From positions 1,198,048 to 1,262,047 of the forward strand of contig MNCI01002813.1 in the NCBI GenBank assembly GCA_015680685.1: a stretch of 64,000 nucleotides of DNA. The letters are read 5' to 3'. Below are positions 51,497 to 64,000 of the stretch, piece after piece; within the stretch, counting starts at the first letter, position 1; every line of letters begins with the position of its first letter. Both the position numbers and the translations under genes were made by a program. The notes under the pieces are model-generated. The model was not told the origin of the DNA, ran no database searches, and worked only from the letters and a program-made list of their open reading frames with translations. This DNA comes from Gnetum montanum (Eukaryota; Plantae; Gnetophyta).

Positions 51497-53819
51497 GCTA
51501 GTGTGGCTCCCAATAAACTGATCAAATTTCCAACCCTTCAGCCAATGCAAATCCTTACTTAATCCAAAGTGATATAGCCAATAATTAGCATGTATTACTT
51601 ACTTCTTTAAAGATTAAGAAATTATTTTTAATAGCCCTCATATCCAAGATAGTTTCCAACAAAGAACTAGAGTTTGAAATATGACTCAAAATGTCCTTTT
51701 TGTTTTCTTTGATGACTACCTTATATGTTTCATTCAAGGCTTGGACATTCATACTATAAAGACTAATATTCTATTAGGTTATTTAGAAAGTTCTTGGATG
51801 TCCACCCTAGGATCAAGACATCTACCATTTGGAACTAAAGATCAGGAACTTAGAAGGGAGGTTGAATAAGTTCCACCAATTCGAACACAAATCTACACAA
51901 AAATGTATGTGGTTCCCCAACTTGGGTACTTCCACATTCAAAGTGTAGTACCCTTGCATACCTCTAGACTTTTTTTCTTTAAAAAAGTTATTTCAAGAGT
52001 ACCACAACCTTTACAAAGTTTGACCTCTGCAAGAAGTATTTTCTCTCAAGAAACATATTCAACCCTGCAAGTTCCAATAAGCTCAAAATGTGATTTCAAG
52101 GATTCCACAACCTTTCTAATTACTTGAGCTCCACACAAAGTGCTTTCTATTTAGAAACACACTCAACTCCACAAGATCCCAATAAGCTCAAGAGATATCT
52201 TCCTACAAGAAGCACATCAAACCTACTCAGCTTACAAAGAAGAGTCAAAGATCAAGAGAGAATGTAACTACAAATACTAATTCCTTACTATGAGGTTCTT
52301 GACAATTACAATACTCAACTTACAAAAGCTAAATAATTGAAGAATAAATTGATTCACATGATGCATACATTAATGGGAATATTTGTATGAATAGTGCTTG
52401 TCCTTTTCATAAAGATCCCATCTATTTGATAGCATTTATCACTGTCACATAATCATTGGAGTTCATACAATAGCTAGAAAATGGCTAGTTGAGATGTCTC
52501 ATTTGAGCTTAGAATGTTTCATTGACTTTATACTGCTTGAAGATGGGACATCTCACTTTTGTTGGAATGTCTTGCATCAAACATTTCAACTAGAACATCT
52601 CAATTATAGTTGGGATGTTTACCATTTTTGTGGGACATCTTGCCTAAGACTGAGCTCTATCATAGGGACATCTGCTATTCTTTTGGAAAGGCTTGGTAGA
52701 TATCAATGTTGACCTTTTGGTATGTGAAAACCTTAAAGAAAATGGAGAATGTATAATGTGTGTGTGATGGTAGTTTTGCAGGACAATGAAAGAGCAAAAG
52801 GAATAAGGACTTCACATGGAGATCCAAAAACAAGATTTACATTAAGATGACAAAATGAAGACAAAGTAGACAATATAAGAACATGGATGGAAATGAATTC
52901 TACAAGCTAAACGAAGATGTTCTAAAGACTACCAAGATGTCAAATTGACAAGGGCATGCCTCATATTCCAAAGTGCAAAAGTAGAGTAGACATATACAAA
53001 AAAAATAGACATCTATAGGTAGATTTCTAACGTAAAGATGGATGTCTCTCCTGCATTAGAAGTGTTCATAGATAGATGTCTCATCCTTGAAGTAGACATC
53101 TATACTAGTTGTTTGATAGTTGTTGCATGAACTTCAAAAGGTTTCTAGAAACTCTAAGGGTATAAGATAAAGTGAGTTTCTTGGGAATGGTGCTAGTACT
53201 ATCATTGTCTAATCAATTCAAGGTTGTTAAAAAAATCTTGTGATTATTCTTCATTGTTCTATCATTTATATATATTTTATGTTGTGAGCTTCATTGCAAG
53301 GACTCTATAAATCTATTTACACTTTCTACTTGATAATTTTCTTTCTTCCTTTCTTATAGCCCTACAACATTGATGTGCATCTTGTAGGAAGGCATCTTCA
53401 TTGAGCTTGTTTAGACCTTGCAAGGTTGAGTGATTTTGTAGCAACAAAACACTGCAGTGTGGAGCTCATGTCTGTAAAGATTATGGGACCTTGTAAACCA
53501 CATTTGAGCTTGTTGGAACCCTGTATGGTTAAGTGCTTTTGCAACGATGAAACACTTTTGAGCAAATCTCAAATCATGTAAATGTTGTGGTGTCATTCAA
53601 ACCACATTTTGAAAAACAAAGTCTAGAGGTGTACATGGATTTTATCCTCTGAGTGTGGGCATACCCAAGTTGGGGAATCACATAAAAATTATCTTTGATT
53701 TTTTGGCTACAGCTTTTTAATTAGGAAAGTTATTCAACCCCCCTTCTAACTTCTCGATCCACAAGTGGTACTAAAGCATGGTACTCTTAAGTTCATGTCT
53801 CAGGTTTCAAGAGTGAATT

Positions 53820-55590
53820 ATGGATGGGACATCTCACACAAAGCCACCGATGTTCAATGGGTTCAAATTTGCATATTAGAACGCAAGGATGCAAAGATTC
53901 TTCAAATCCATGGAATTCAAAGTGTGGGAGTCAATTATTAAAGATTGATATTAAACAAGAGAACTCAAGCCACAAAGCAAATGGACTTCTAAAGAAAAAG
54001 ATAAGTTCATGTTTGACTCAAAAGTCAAAAATTATTTATATTATCCATTGAATAAATTTTAGTTTGATAGAACAGCTAATTGTAAAACCTTTAAGGGAAT
54101 ATGGGAAACCATAAATACATCTTATGAGCACATGTCTATATTTAAATAGTCAAAAATTTTAGCATTACAAAGCGAATATGACAAGCTCAAAATAAAGGAG
54201 GGAGAAAAGATTAAGAATTAAATTTCTAGAGCAAATGATCTTGTCATAGCAATTAGAGGGATGGACAAGGACTTTCGAAAAATTGATGTGATTACAAAAA
54301 TGATTAAAAATTTACAGCCCAACTTTAGACTGAAAGTCACTGTGATGGAAGAAATCAAAGACTTTTTAGTGCTAAAGTTTGAAGAGCTCCAACGTGATTA
54401 AAATCTGCAATAAAAGAAAAGACCATCATCCTCAAATATGCATCAAAGGAAAAGGATTTGGTTGAATAAGAACCAAACATTGAATATGTTTCAATCAAGT
54501 AGGCCCCAATCCATCTAGTGCAAAAGGTAGAGAAAAATGTAAGAATTTTAAGCATTCAAAATTTGATGCATTTTCTATAGAATGTTGGGTATGTGGTGGA
54601 AGAGGCCATGTGGCCTTCAAATGTCCAAGTGCTAGCAAGATCCAAAAGGGAGATTAATTCAAAGTTGAGCCTAAAAAGAACAACTTCTACACCAGTTGGG
54701 ATGAAGAACAAAGTGAAAAGGAACTTGAGACCACACAAGATTCACATCTTATTTACATAGCTCTCATGGAAGATGATGATAGCAGAACTGAAGATGATGA
54801 TCAAATAATTGAAACTGATGAGGAAAGCTGTGAACTTTTGTCCTTTCAAAATCTTTGTATAAAGCTAAAGAAGGCTCTAAAGAATAAGGATCAAGATAAC
54901 CAAAAATATTTAGACCTCTTATAAGAAAACTCAGACCTAATGGCTAGGAACAAAAAACTAATCTTGTGTTATGAATAGATTTAAAAAGAACTTGGAAATA
55001 TAAAACTTGTAAATGAAAGACTTATCAAAGAAAAAGAATCTCTTTGCATAGTATTGTGACAAGGAAGAAGTTCACATGATAAGAATGTGCTGGGATGTTA
55101 TCAACAAGAAGAAGTATCAACACTAACTTCATCCAAAAAAAAGGCTACCCCAAAGGTTGAAGTATTAATAAGTACTTCATCCAAACAAAGGATAGCTCCA
55201 AGGTTTGATCACTTCACCTATAGTAAAAAGGTTAGATGTTATTATTATGATAGATTTGAGCATAAGAAATAGAATTGCAATTTAAAATATCATGACATGA
55301 ATACTTGGTCATATCATAAGACTCCTTGGTCTTACCCAATGCACCTATAAAGGAAATCCTTCAAGACAAAAAGGAATGGAAAATAAGTCAAAAAGCTAAG
55401 GAGGACAAAAAAAAGTGTGGAGAATTAAGTGAAAAGAAGAAGATGAAAGAACTTTCACCAACAATTTTGTAAAAGGAATCCAAACATTAAAAATACAAGA
55501 AATTGATATGAAAGGAGGAACTTCACAAGAAGAAGCTCATTTCTAATCTCCTTAGACATCATAATCTCCATCAAAAAGCAAGATAAGTAG
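53820..55590 (+). pseudogene. gag: SIRE-B gag
   Basis: MDGTSHTKPPMFNGFKFAY*..RMQRFFKSMEFKVWESI; knuckles CWVCGGRGHVAFKC and CYYYDRFEHKK*NC. Confidence 0.85.
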
Positions 55591-55952
55591 AGGTAAGTTT
55601 TCAATTTTCCTTCTTGTTTAAAATTCTTGAAGAACTATGATCCATGGTAGTTATCCCCTAACCTCTCATATCTCTTTCCTTGCCTATTTAGACATCTACC
55701 ATTAGATGTCCACACATGAAGATAGGAGTCTATCCATAGATAGACATCTATCTGGGTTTTGTTAGATATGGGATAAACATCTACTAGTCAAGTTAGATGT
55801 CAAAATTTTCATAAAAACTTCTCAATAGTTGTTATTATATAAAGCCAACACCTCATTTTTTCCTCATTCTTCCTCATACAAGTGTAGACGACTAAGAGCA
55901 AATGACTAGGGCTTGCACAATAGTCGTAATTTGTGCATCTCTTTGAAGATCA

Positions 55953-57595
55953 ATGGCTCAAATAAAGATTAGGATGTTCAGGCCTCCACCACAAAAGAGC
56001 AAGAAGTCCAAGGGAGCATCATTAAGAGCTACCAATACATATTTACCTCAATTTTGGTACACTAAAGCATAGCATATATTTGAGATAGCTCAATCCATTT
56101 TAATAGTTTCTAAGAGATCCCTTTGCTTTCAGTAGCATTTTCAAAAGTAGCTAATGGCATTTTTCCAAGTTTTAAATTGGGTGTCTTTTATTTCCATGAA
56201 CCTTTATATCCCTAAGAGCCTCATCTAGGAGTTTTATAGTAACATTGCAATTACTAATGCTACTATTAGGGCCTTCACATCCACCGTTGGGGGGATTTTG
56301 ATTGAAATCACTCCCCAAGTTGTTAATGCCATTCTTAGCATCTCTAGTTCATATGTTCATAGGGTTTTAATCCCTTCTATGTTTGATATTTTCAAGAATG
56401 ATGTAATTCATGTTTCCCACCATGAATTCTACAATGCTCTATTTTGTCAGTTAGTGTCTTTGCATAGTGGGAAAGTACTTAGAAATGAAATAGCCTCAGA
56501 TTCTTCCATTTTCTTTCTTATTGTATTCTATAATATCATTGTAAAAGGGGAATGTTATAGCTATTTATTACTAGCTCTAGCTTTTGTCCTTTATTGCCTT
56601 ATTCCTAGTTAGCCACTAGACTTGAACCATATCCTCTACAAATACATGTTAGGTCTCTTCATGAGGGAGAAATTCTATTAGTATCCTCTTGTCATTGGTT
56701 TGTTGATCTATCAAAGAGGAGTTCCTATTACCAATATTCCTCTAGTTAAAGGTAAAAGAAATCTTGATGAGTATTCATAGAAGAGGAGCACCACCCAAGC
56801 TGAATTTGCAAAACTAAGAATTAAACCTTAGAAAGTAAGAAAGAAGGGATTTGCATCATCTCACCAACCTCTCCTTAGTTGAGAAGATCCAAATCTATTA
56901 GCGGCCAGCTAAAATACACTCTCAAGAAGATGCTAAAGCCTCTTTCTGGTTCTCTTGGGATGATTATTTGACACCTCTCTTACCTTTGAAAGAGAATGAA
57001 TGTAGCTGGAATACCTCTTCCTCCATATGAAAAACAATTCGAGAAGATTACCACTTCTTCCATTTCTACTAGTAATGAGGACTATCCTACTCTAGCCAAG
57101 CACTTGATAGCCATTGGGCCATCCTAGGCATATGACTCAGGAAATGCATCTAATTCTAAGAAACTTGATGTACCTCCCACATGTGTTCAAGGGGATTTTC
57201 CTAATCCTATGCAATATGGATCCAGTTCTCATCATCATCATCATGATCCATAAACATTTGAGCAATAGGCAATGGAGAGCATCTTTGGGACTTATTCTTA
57301 GTGGAGACTAGTTGATCCTACCAAATATTAGAGAAAGGGTGCTTCCTCATCTTCTCAATAGGGTGCTTCCTCATCTTCTCAGTAGGTTCCATCTCATCCA
57401 CTTGCATCATCTCAATTATGGGTGAAGCTTCATCCTCGAAGAGTTCATGTACAAGTTCTATCTTGAGATGTCAATGATGAGCAGCACATCTCCAGCACCA
57501 ATAGTGATGATGATGATGAGGAGACATAAAAACCTTTTCATGCAACAACAACCTCTCATGAAGACTCTAATTATGCTACCAAGGTCAATGATTAG
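55953..57595 (+). pseudogene. SIRE-B env-like/extra ORF
   Basis: EFYSNI...FTSTVGGILIEITPQVVNAIL; acidic/Ser-rich tail; homologous to the SIRE-A ORF. Confidence 0.65.
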
Positions 57596-60500
57596 GGTTT
57601 TTTTATGGTCCCTCCTTTTGGATGATGTCCAAAAAGAGGGAGAATTTGTGGATATTTTGTAGATGTTTGTATGGATTGTAGATGATTATGAATATTTTTA
57701 TGAACAATAATAATTTTGGATGGAAAATAATAGTATGTTATGATCCTTTTGACTAGTTTATATGTGATGATGAATAGCTTATGATAGTTTATGTTATTGT
57801 TGATCTTTTATGGATGGATCTCATGTTTATGTATATGGATAGCTATGTTTTTGGTAGCATGATGTATTATGTTGGCAAGTTTGGCCTTTGGATAATTTAT
57901 GGAGGCCTCTTGGTGTTATCAGTTTCTTTTTTCTTTTTTTTTTGGTGAACTCATGTGATTGGAACCCATTGGATTGAGCCTTTCTATCCCTATGCTAGTG
58001 ATACCTTCTTTTTCCATTGGAATTTATACATCTTAAATGTTTTTAATATTTGTCATTTAAATTTATATGCTATGAAATGCACTAACCCATTTTCTCAAGT
58101 TTTGGACATCACTAAAAAGGGAAAGATTGTTGACTTTTTGGTATGTCAAAACCTTAGAGAAAATGGAGAATGCAGAATGTGTGTGTGATGGTAGTTTCAC
58201 AGGACCATGAAAGAGAAGAATGAAGAAGGACTTCACATGGAGATTCAAAAACAAGATCTACATTTAGATGATGAAATGAAGAGTGAGTGAACAAGATAAG
58301 AACATAGATGGAAATGGAGTGCATGAGTCAATCAAAGATGTTTTGAACATTGACAAGATATCAAACTAACAAAGGAATGCCTTAGATTCCAAAGTGCAAA
58401 AGTAGAGTTGACATCTACAAAGAATAGGAGGACATCAATCATTGAAGATAGAAATCTATAGGTATACGTCTAAACTTAAACATATACATCTCTCCTACAT
58501 TGGAAGTGTTTACAGATAGACATCTCATCCTCTAAGTATACATCTATACTAGCCATTTGATAGTCATTGCATGAATTCCAAGGAGTGTTTAAAAACTTCA
58601 AAGATATAAGACAAAGTGAATTTCTTGGGAATGGTCCTAGTACTATCATTATCAAATCAATTCAAGGTTTTTAAAAGAAATCTTGTGATTATTCTTCATG
58701 GTACTATATTTTGTATATTGTGAGCTTCATGAGAAGGACTCTATAAATCTAGTTGCACTTTATTCTTAATATTTTTCTTTTTTTATTTCTTCTCATCCTA
58801 TAGGATTGATGTGCTTCTTGTGGAAAGGCATCTTCATTGAGCTTGTTGAGACCTTATGGGGTTGAGTGGTTTTGCAATGACAAAACACTTCAATGTAGAG
58901 CTCATATTTGTAAATGTTGTAGGATTCTTTAAACCACATTTTGAGTTTGTTGGGACCTTACAAGCTTAAGTGGTTTCACAACAATGAAATAATTTGGAGC
59001 AGATCTCAAATCTTGTAAAAATTATGGTGTCCTTCAAATCACATTTTGAATAAAAAAATTCTATAGGTGTGCATAAATTCTAGCCTCTAAGTGTGGATGT
59101 AACTAAGTTAAGGAACTGCATAAAATTATCTTTGATTTTGATGGCTATAGCTTCTTAATTAGGGAACTTATTCAACCCTCCTTTTAACTTCTTAATCCAT
59201 AATCTAAACATCTTCTTTTGGCTCCTGGATGTCGTGCATCCTCATGAACTTTCCAAAACTCTTGTAATCTTGGTAGAGACTTTGTCACTTTTGGATTGAC
59301 AATGTAGCTCTCATCTTGATCTCCCATATCTTTGTCTTTATCATGCTCATATCTTGATCTCATCATAATCTTATCTTGTTCTTGTCTTATCTAAGTCCTG
59401 CAAGTTTTCATAAGCACATTTTCCATTTTCTCCATTTTCCAAGATTTTGACATGCCAAAAGGTTAAAAATCTTCTTCTTTTTGGTGATGTTCAAAACTTG
59501 AGAAAATGGGTTAACATAGTAACATAACATAAATCATAAAGCAATAAAGGCATAAACATTTATATATACATCTATATAGCTAAGGATGAAAATGAGATGA
59601 ATAGTAATTAAAGGTATAGGTCTCATAGGGCTAATCAAGAAAAAGCTCCATATCTGTTTACAAACCATATAGTTCATTAAGTACAAAGAGACATAATCAA
59701 AGCCTTTCAAATGTTGGTCTAGAATATTTCCATTTAAAATCAAATGTTGAACTTCCAAGGTTGAGCACTAAAGATCAAGTATCCTATCTTTGAAACATTA
59801 ATCACCATGTCATAAAAAATGTGGCCAAGAATATGTCATGAACAATAGCCACTAGTAATGAAAGTATTATTTATGGTATATGCCCAGAAATCTCAACTCT
59901 AGAATAGTCAAATAGGCATCTCAATTCTAAATCAGTCATACAAGTATGAAGACTATATCCACGAAAAGGTGATAACTAGGCTAGGTTTTAGTAAATAGCC
60001 TTCACCAAGAACAATATCTTAAAGTTACCTCATCAACTTAACATCAAATTCTCTCCCCCTTTTTTGATATCAACAAAAATACAATTCAAATCAGTTTCAT
60101 TACAAGGAGAGAATAATTTTCCATACATCATAAATATCAAGAGGAAAACCTTAAGATCTTTTCAAATCACTATCTTGAATAGAGCCAACATAAGAATAGT
60201 TAATGATAAAATTTTTGTACCTTAAAAAAATTATATCCTCAACAAGATTCCTTTTATACAAGCCAAATTTCAACACTAAGAAACAAGTCTCAAGATAAAA
60301 TATCCAAAAATAATAATCCAAAATTAACTTAGATGCTTTTACTATAATTCAATATGAATAGAGCTCTTCTTGCTTATTTTCTATAAGTGCTACAATAGGA
60401 AGTCTTGTTGCTTAAGTGTGTTTTTGATTAGAGTCTTGGAAGACTCCCCCTTCACTGGTGGCCCAAACGATGAATACATTTGATGAGGAATAGACTTCCC

Positions 60501-62699
60501 CTCCACATGTGCTAGACTTCTTTCTAGTTTCTCTAGTCATAATGCATCTATTGTTGAGAGACTAGTATTCTCTCCTTGAGTCTTTTAGTATTGTCTTTCT
60601 TTTTGCAACTTTTACATCAATAATCATCTGCAAATTTTTCCACTAGTAGTGTCCATGATTCAAAATTCTCAAAGTAGATAGTAGATAATTAACAAGGAAG
60701 CCCCTTTAAAATGTTGCTTTTCTCAAAAGGTTCGTGAACTATAATAAAGGATTCAAAAAACTTGATTTTACCATCATTCATTAAAAATCCTTTTAAAAAA
60801 CCATTTTGTCCTTATGGATATACAAGGAGGCAACTACAACATATTTTAGCCCAATAAGTAATGTAGAACATAATGATATATGAATGTTATGAGATGGATC
60901 ACAAGGCATATACATTCTAATAGCAACAAGATGGTCTTACTACTATAATAAGCAAACTTGTTAGAACTTACCTTGTATGTTCTTGGTCCTTTCTTAAGAC
61001 AAGTTAACTCAATGTCCATTGAATTTTGATGGTCATATTACTTTTATGTATAGCTCAACATCTTGTAAGATCAAGTGAGCATTTCTTTGGATTTACAAAG
61101 ATTTCCAGTAGTATTCATTCAACATATTTTCTAATCACTAATATTAAGTAAGAATAAAATAATTACAAGAAGTTAAGGAATTAAAAGTATACTTACCATT
61201 TATTACCTTGCTTGCTTCTAACTTATAACATGATTATTGAAGTTTAAGATGAGTTTCGCTATCATAGAGTACCTTGCTAGCATGCAAATACTCCTTATCT
61301 TTTCTATCATTAGCATCTCTATTTGAATTTCCTAATTCATTTGAGGTTACTACCAAAAAAAACTATACATAAATGTACATGGTTCCCGAACTTGGGTACT
61401 TCCACACTCAAAGAGTAGAATCCTTGCATATCTTTGGACTTTGTTTCTTAAAAAATGTGGTTTCAATTGTACCACAACCTTTATAAAGTTTAAGCTCCAT
61501 AAGTAGCATTTTCTCTCAAGAAACACACTCAACCTTATAAGATTCCAATAATTTCAAAATGTGGTTTCAAGGATCCCACAATCTTTACAATTACTTAAGC
61601 TCTGCATTGAGTGTTTTCTCTTAATAAATACACTTAACCCTGTAAGGTCCCAACAAGCTTAAGAGATGCCTTTCTATAAGAATTACATCAACCCCATAGC
61701 ACTTACAAAGAAGAGTCAAAGATAAAGGAGAGAATGTAACTATAGTTACTGATTTCTAGTTATGAGGTTCTTTACAATTATAATCCTCAACTTATAAAAG
61801 ATAAAGAAGTTAAGAACAAATTGATTCACAAGATGTGTACAATGAAGGGAATATTCGCATGAATAGTGCTTATCCTTTTTATAAAGATCCCATCTATTTT
61901 ATAACATTTTTCACTATCACATAACCATTGGAGTTTGTACAATGGTTAGAAAATAGCTAGTTGGAATATCTCATTTGAGCTTAGGACGTCTCGTTGACTT
62001 TCTACTACTTGTAGTTGTGATGTCTCACTTTTGTTGGGATATCTCACATGGGACATCCCAACTATAATTGGGATGTCTCCTACTTTTGTGGGATGTCTTG
62101 CCCAAGACTAAGCTCTTCCACTGTGACATCTACTATCTTCCAAAACATCTTGGAAGATATCAAAACATTTTCTTTTGGCTTCTAGACATCATGCATCCTC
62201 ATGACCTTTTCAAAACTCTTGCAATTTTGATTGAGATGTTGTGACTTTAGATTAGCAATGCAACTCTCATCTTAATCTCACATGTCTTGATCTTTACCAT
62301 GCTCCTATCTTGATCTCCTCATGTTCTTATCTTGATCATGCTCTTGTCTTATTCTTATCTTCTTCAAGTTTTGCAAGATTTCACAAGCACATTTTCCACT
62401 TTCTCCATTTTTCTAGACTTTAACATACCAAAAGATCAACAATGACACCTAGGCTATAACTTTGGATGTTTTTCGTAGGTGGAAGTTAAGCTCTATATCC
62501 TATCTATTTTTGACTTAAACATCCACCATGAAGCCTATATGTCTAGGTTGCATTCATAATTGAGGAAAGATTTTGAATTGATCAATCCTTACGCCCACAT
62601 ATCTCAAAATCCTTGATTTAACTTCCTTGACTTCCACTTTAGTTTTGATGCTTAACAACTCACTTAATTCCTAGAAAAAAAAAGCTTAGTCAAGCATAC

Positions 62700-64000
62700 A
62701 TATTCATTGTCTAGATTTTAGATTACTAAAACATGGATAAATCAATAATGAGCTTCTAATGTATACTTGCCATTATTGGCTTTGCAACTCCATGTTAGCA
62801 CAACCTCTAATTTTCAAGTATAAATACCTTAATTCAAATCCCCAAAGGTTACTTAGAGAGACATGTCTATTATTAAAATGTATTCCTTTGGATCTTATTA
62901 TAACAATCACATAATTTTTTATAACTTAATACTATCTTTATTAAAAATTAATTCCATTTGGAAATGGCAATGTGATATTAAGGCTCAGCAAAATTCAAAT
63001 ACTCTCCTTGCATGTGAAGGAAAATGACAAAAATTTGACTAAGAGTTACATGTATATATGCTATTTTTATAATGCATCGATGTAGTTGAAACTCAAAATT
63101 TTCTTTTGAATTTCTAGCCTATTTTTATAAACTCTAAAGTGATCCAAGGATCAAATGAGAGCTAGAAAGTGCACCTGAAGGTAAGAACAATGTATGTGAG
63201 GCACAAAGGAAGATTTATGACCATTGAGAACCTTGAACTCTAAGGATAGAGATTTGACACTTTGATGGAATCCATGACAAGAGGATTGAAAAATGAAGGA
63301 TTTATTCAACTTTGGAGTTACTTGTTAATGATTTTGGACATGCAGAGATGATGTAGAGACTAGATTTCTAAAAGGTATATAAGTGTATCCTCCCCAAGGT
63401 AGGGTCATCCCTTTAATGCCCTTGTATAACCATTCCATAAGATATGTGTAGGCACATTGGGAATTGAATATCAATCTAGTCTATATGCCATGCCCACACA
63501 ATATTTATTTTTGGGATACCATACTATACAAACTCAAAATTAGAAATCAATCAATTACATGCAGTAGTAAGGTTAATAATAGAATAAGAAGAGAATAAAA
63601 AAAAAGGGACATGAGATGCTTTACCATGTACACAACATGTTCTTATGTTGATTGTGATTTAAATCACCATTATATTCATTATTCCAAGTTCTAGGTCAAC
63701 TCCATACCTTTTACAAGTGGCATTACATTACATCATCCCAAACTCACAATCATAGAACCACAACAACCATATGAAAACGTCACTACTCAAGAAAAGAAAA
63801 CAATGAACCTTTTGATTAATTAATTACTTATACATTAAGTGTTTTTAGGAAACTTGGCCATCAATTAGAGGGATGCTTCATGCATGGGTAACATGTCTTT
63901 CTAGTCATATAATAAGCCTAGTCCAAGAGACCTATGGGATCCTTGAGGTAACCTACCTTCAGGCATGAGTAACACGTCTTTCTAGTGGTATCCCAGGAAT
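62700..64000 (-). mobile_element. 3' internal region of another Athila-like element
   Basis: Shares the GCATGGGTAACAYGTCTTTC motif and patchy reverse-complement similarity with 36330-37200. Confidence 0.6.

Larger units (their letters stand above)
52707..59201 (+). mobile_element. SIRE-B: complete pol-less SIRE-like element
   Basis: LTRs 52707-53763 and 58128-59201; PBS TGGTACTAAAGC (tRNA-iMet-like); PPT; TSD ATCAA/ATCTA. Confidence 0.92.
51836..62441 (-). mobile_element. SIRE-C: internally deleted SIRE-like element; its 3' LTR (51836-52706 + 59207-59468) is split by SIRE-B; 5' LTR ~61347-62441
   Basis: LTR halves rejoin to match 61347-62441; reverse-complement PPTs at 59469, 60050 and 60445. 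Confidence 0.82.

Overview
This window is almost entirely nested, decayed plant LTR retrotransposons. I found no intact host gene, RNA gene or CRISPR array. From left to right: (1) a near-complete Tat/Ogre-Retand-type Ty3/gypsy element (Tat1, <1-12280) with archaeal-type RNase H and a tRNA-Asn PBS, interrupted by a 1,344-bp cassette between protease and RT; (2) the related, older element it inserted into (Tat2, 12281-16844); (3) pol-less Athila-like elements and solo LTRs; (4) pol-less SIRE-like Ty1/copia elements carrying gag plus an env-like ORF; (5) a second Tat-type gypsy element spanning an assembly gap. All coding regions carry stops typical of methyl-C deamination. The most interesting signal is four tandem arrays of a compact RNA motif, GTC-loop-GAC-NNTAAACT, whose stems co-vary. 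One unit matches the plant-virus 'coremin'/Box-1 Xrn1-resistant RNA at all 20 positions plus a 2-nt insertion. Two of the arrays sit directly after the pol stop codon, between splice-donor-like and acceptor-like sites. This suggests a retrotransposon-encoded xrRNA/pseudoknot array system, which is inference and untested. Alignments were made by eye, so some boundaries may be off by a few bases.
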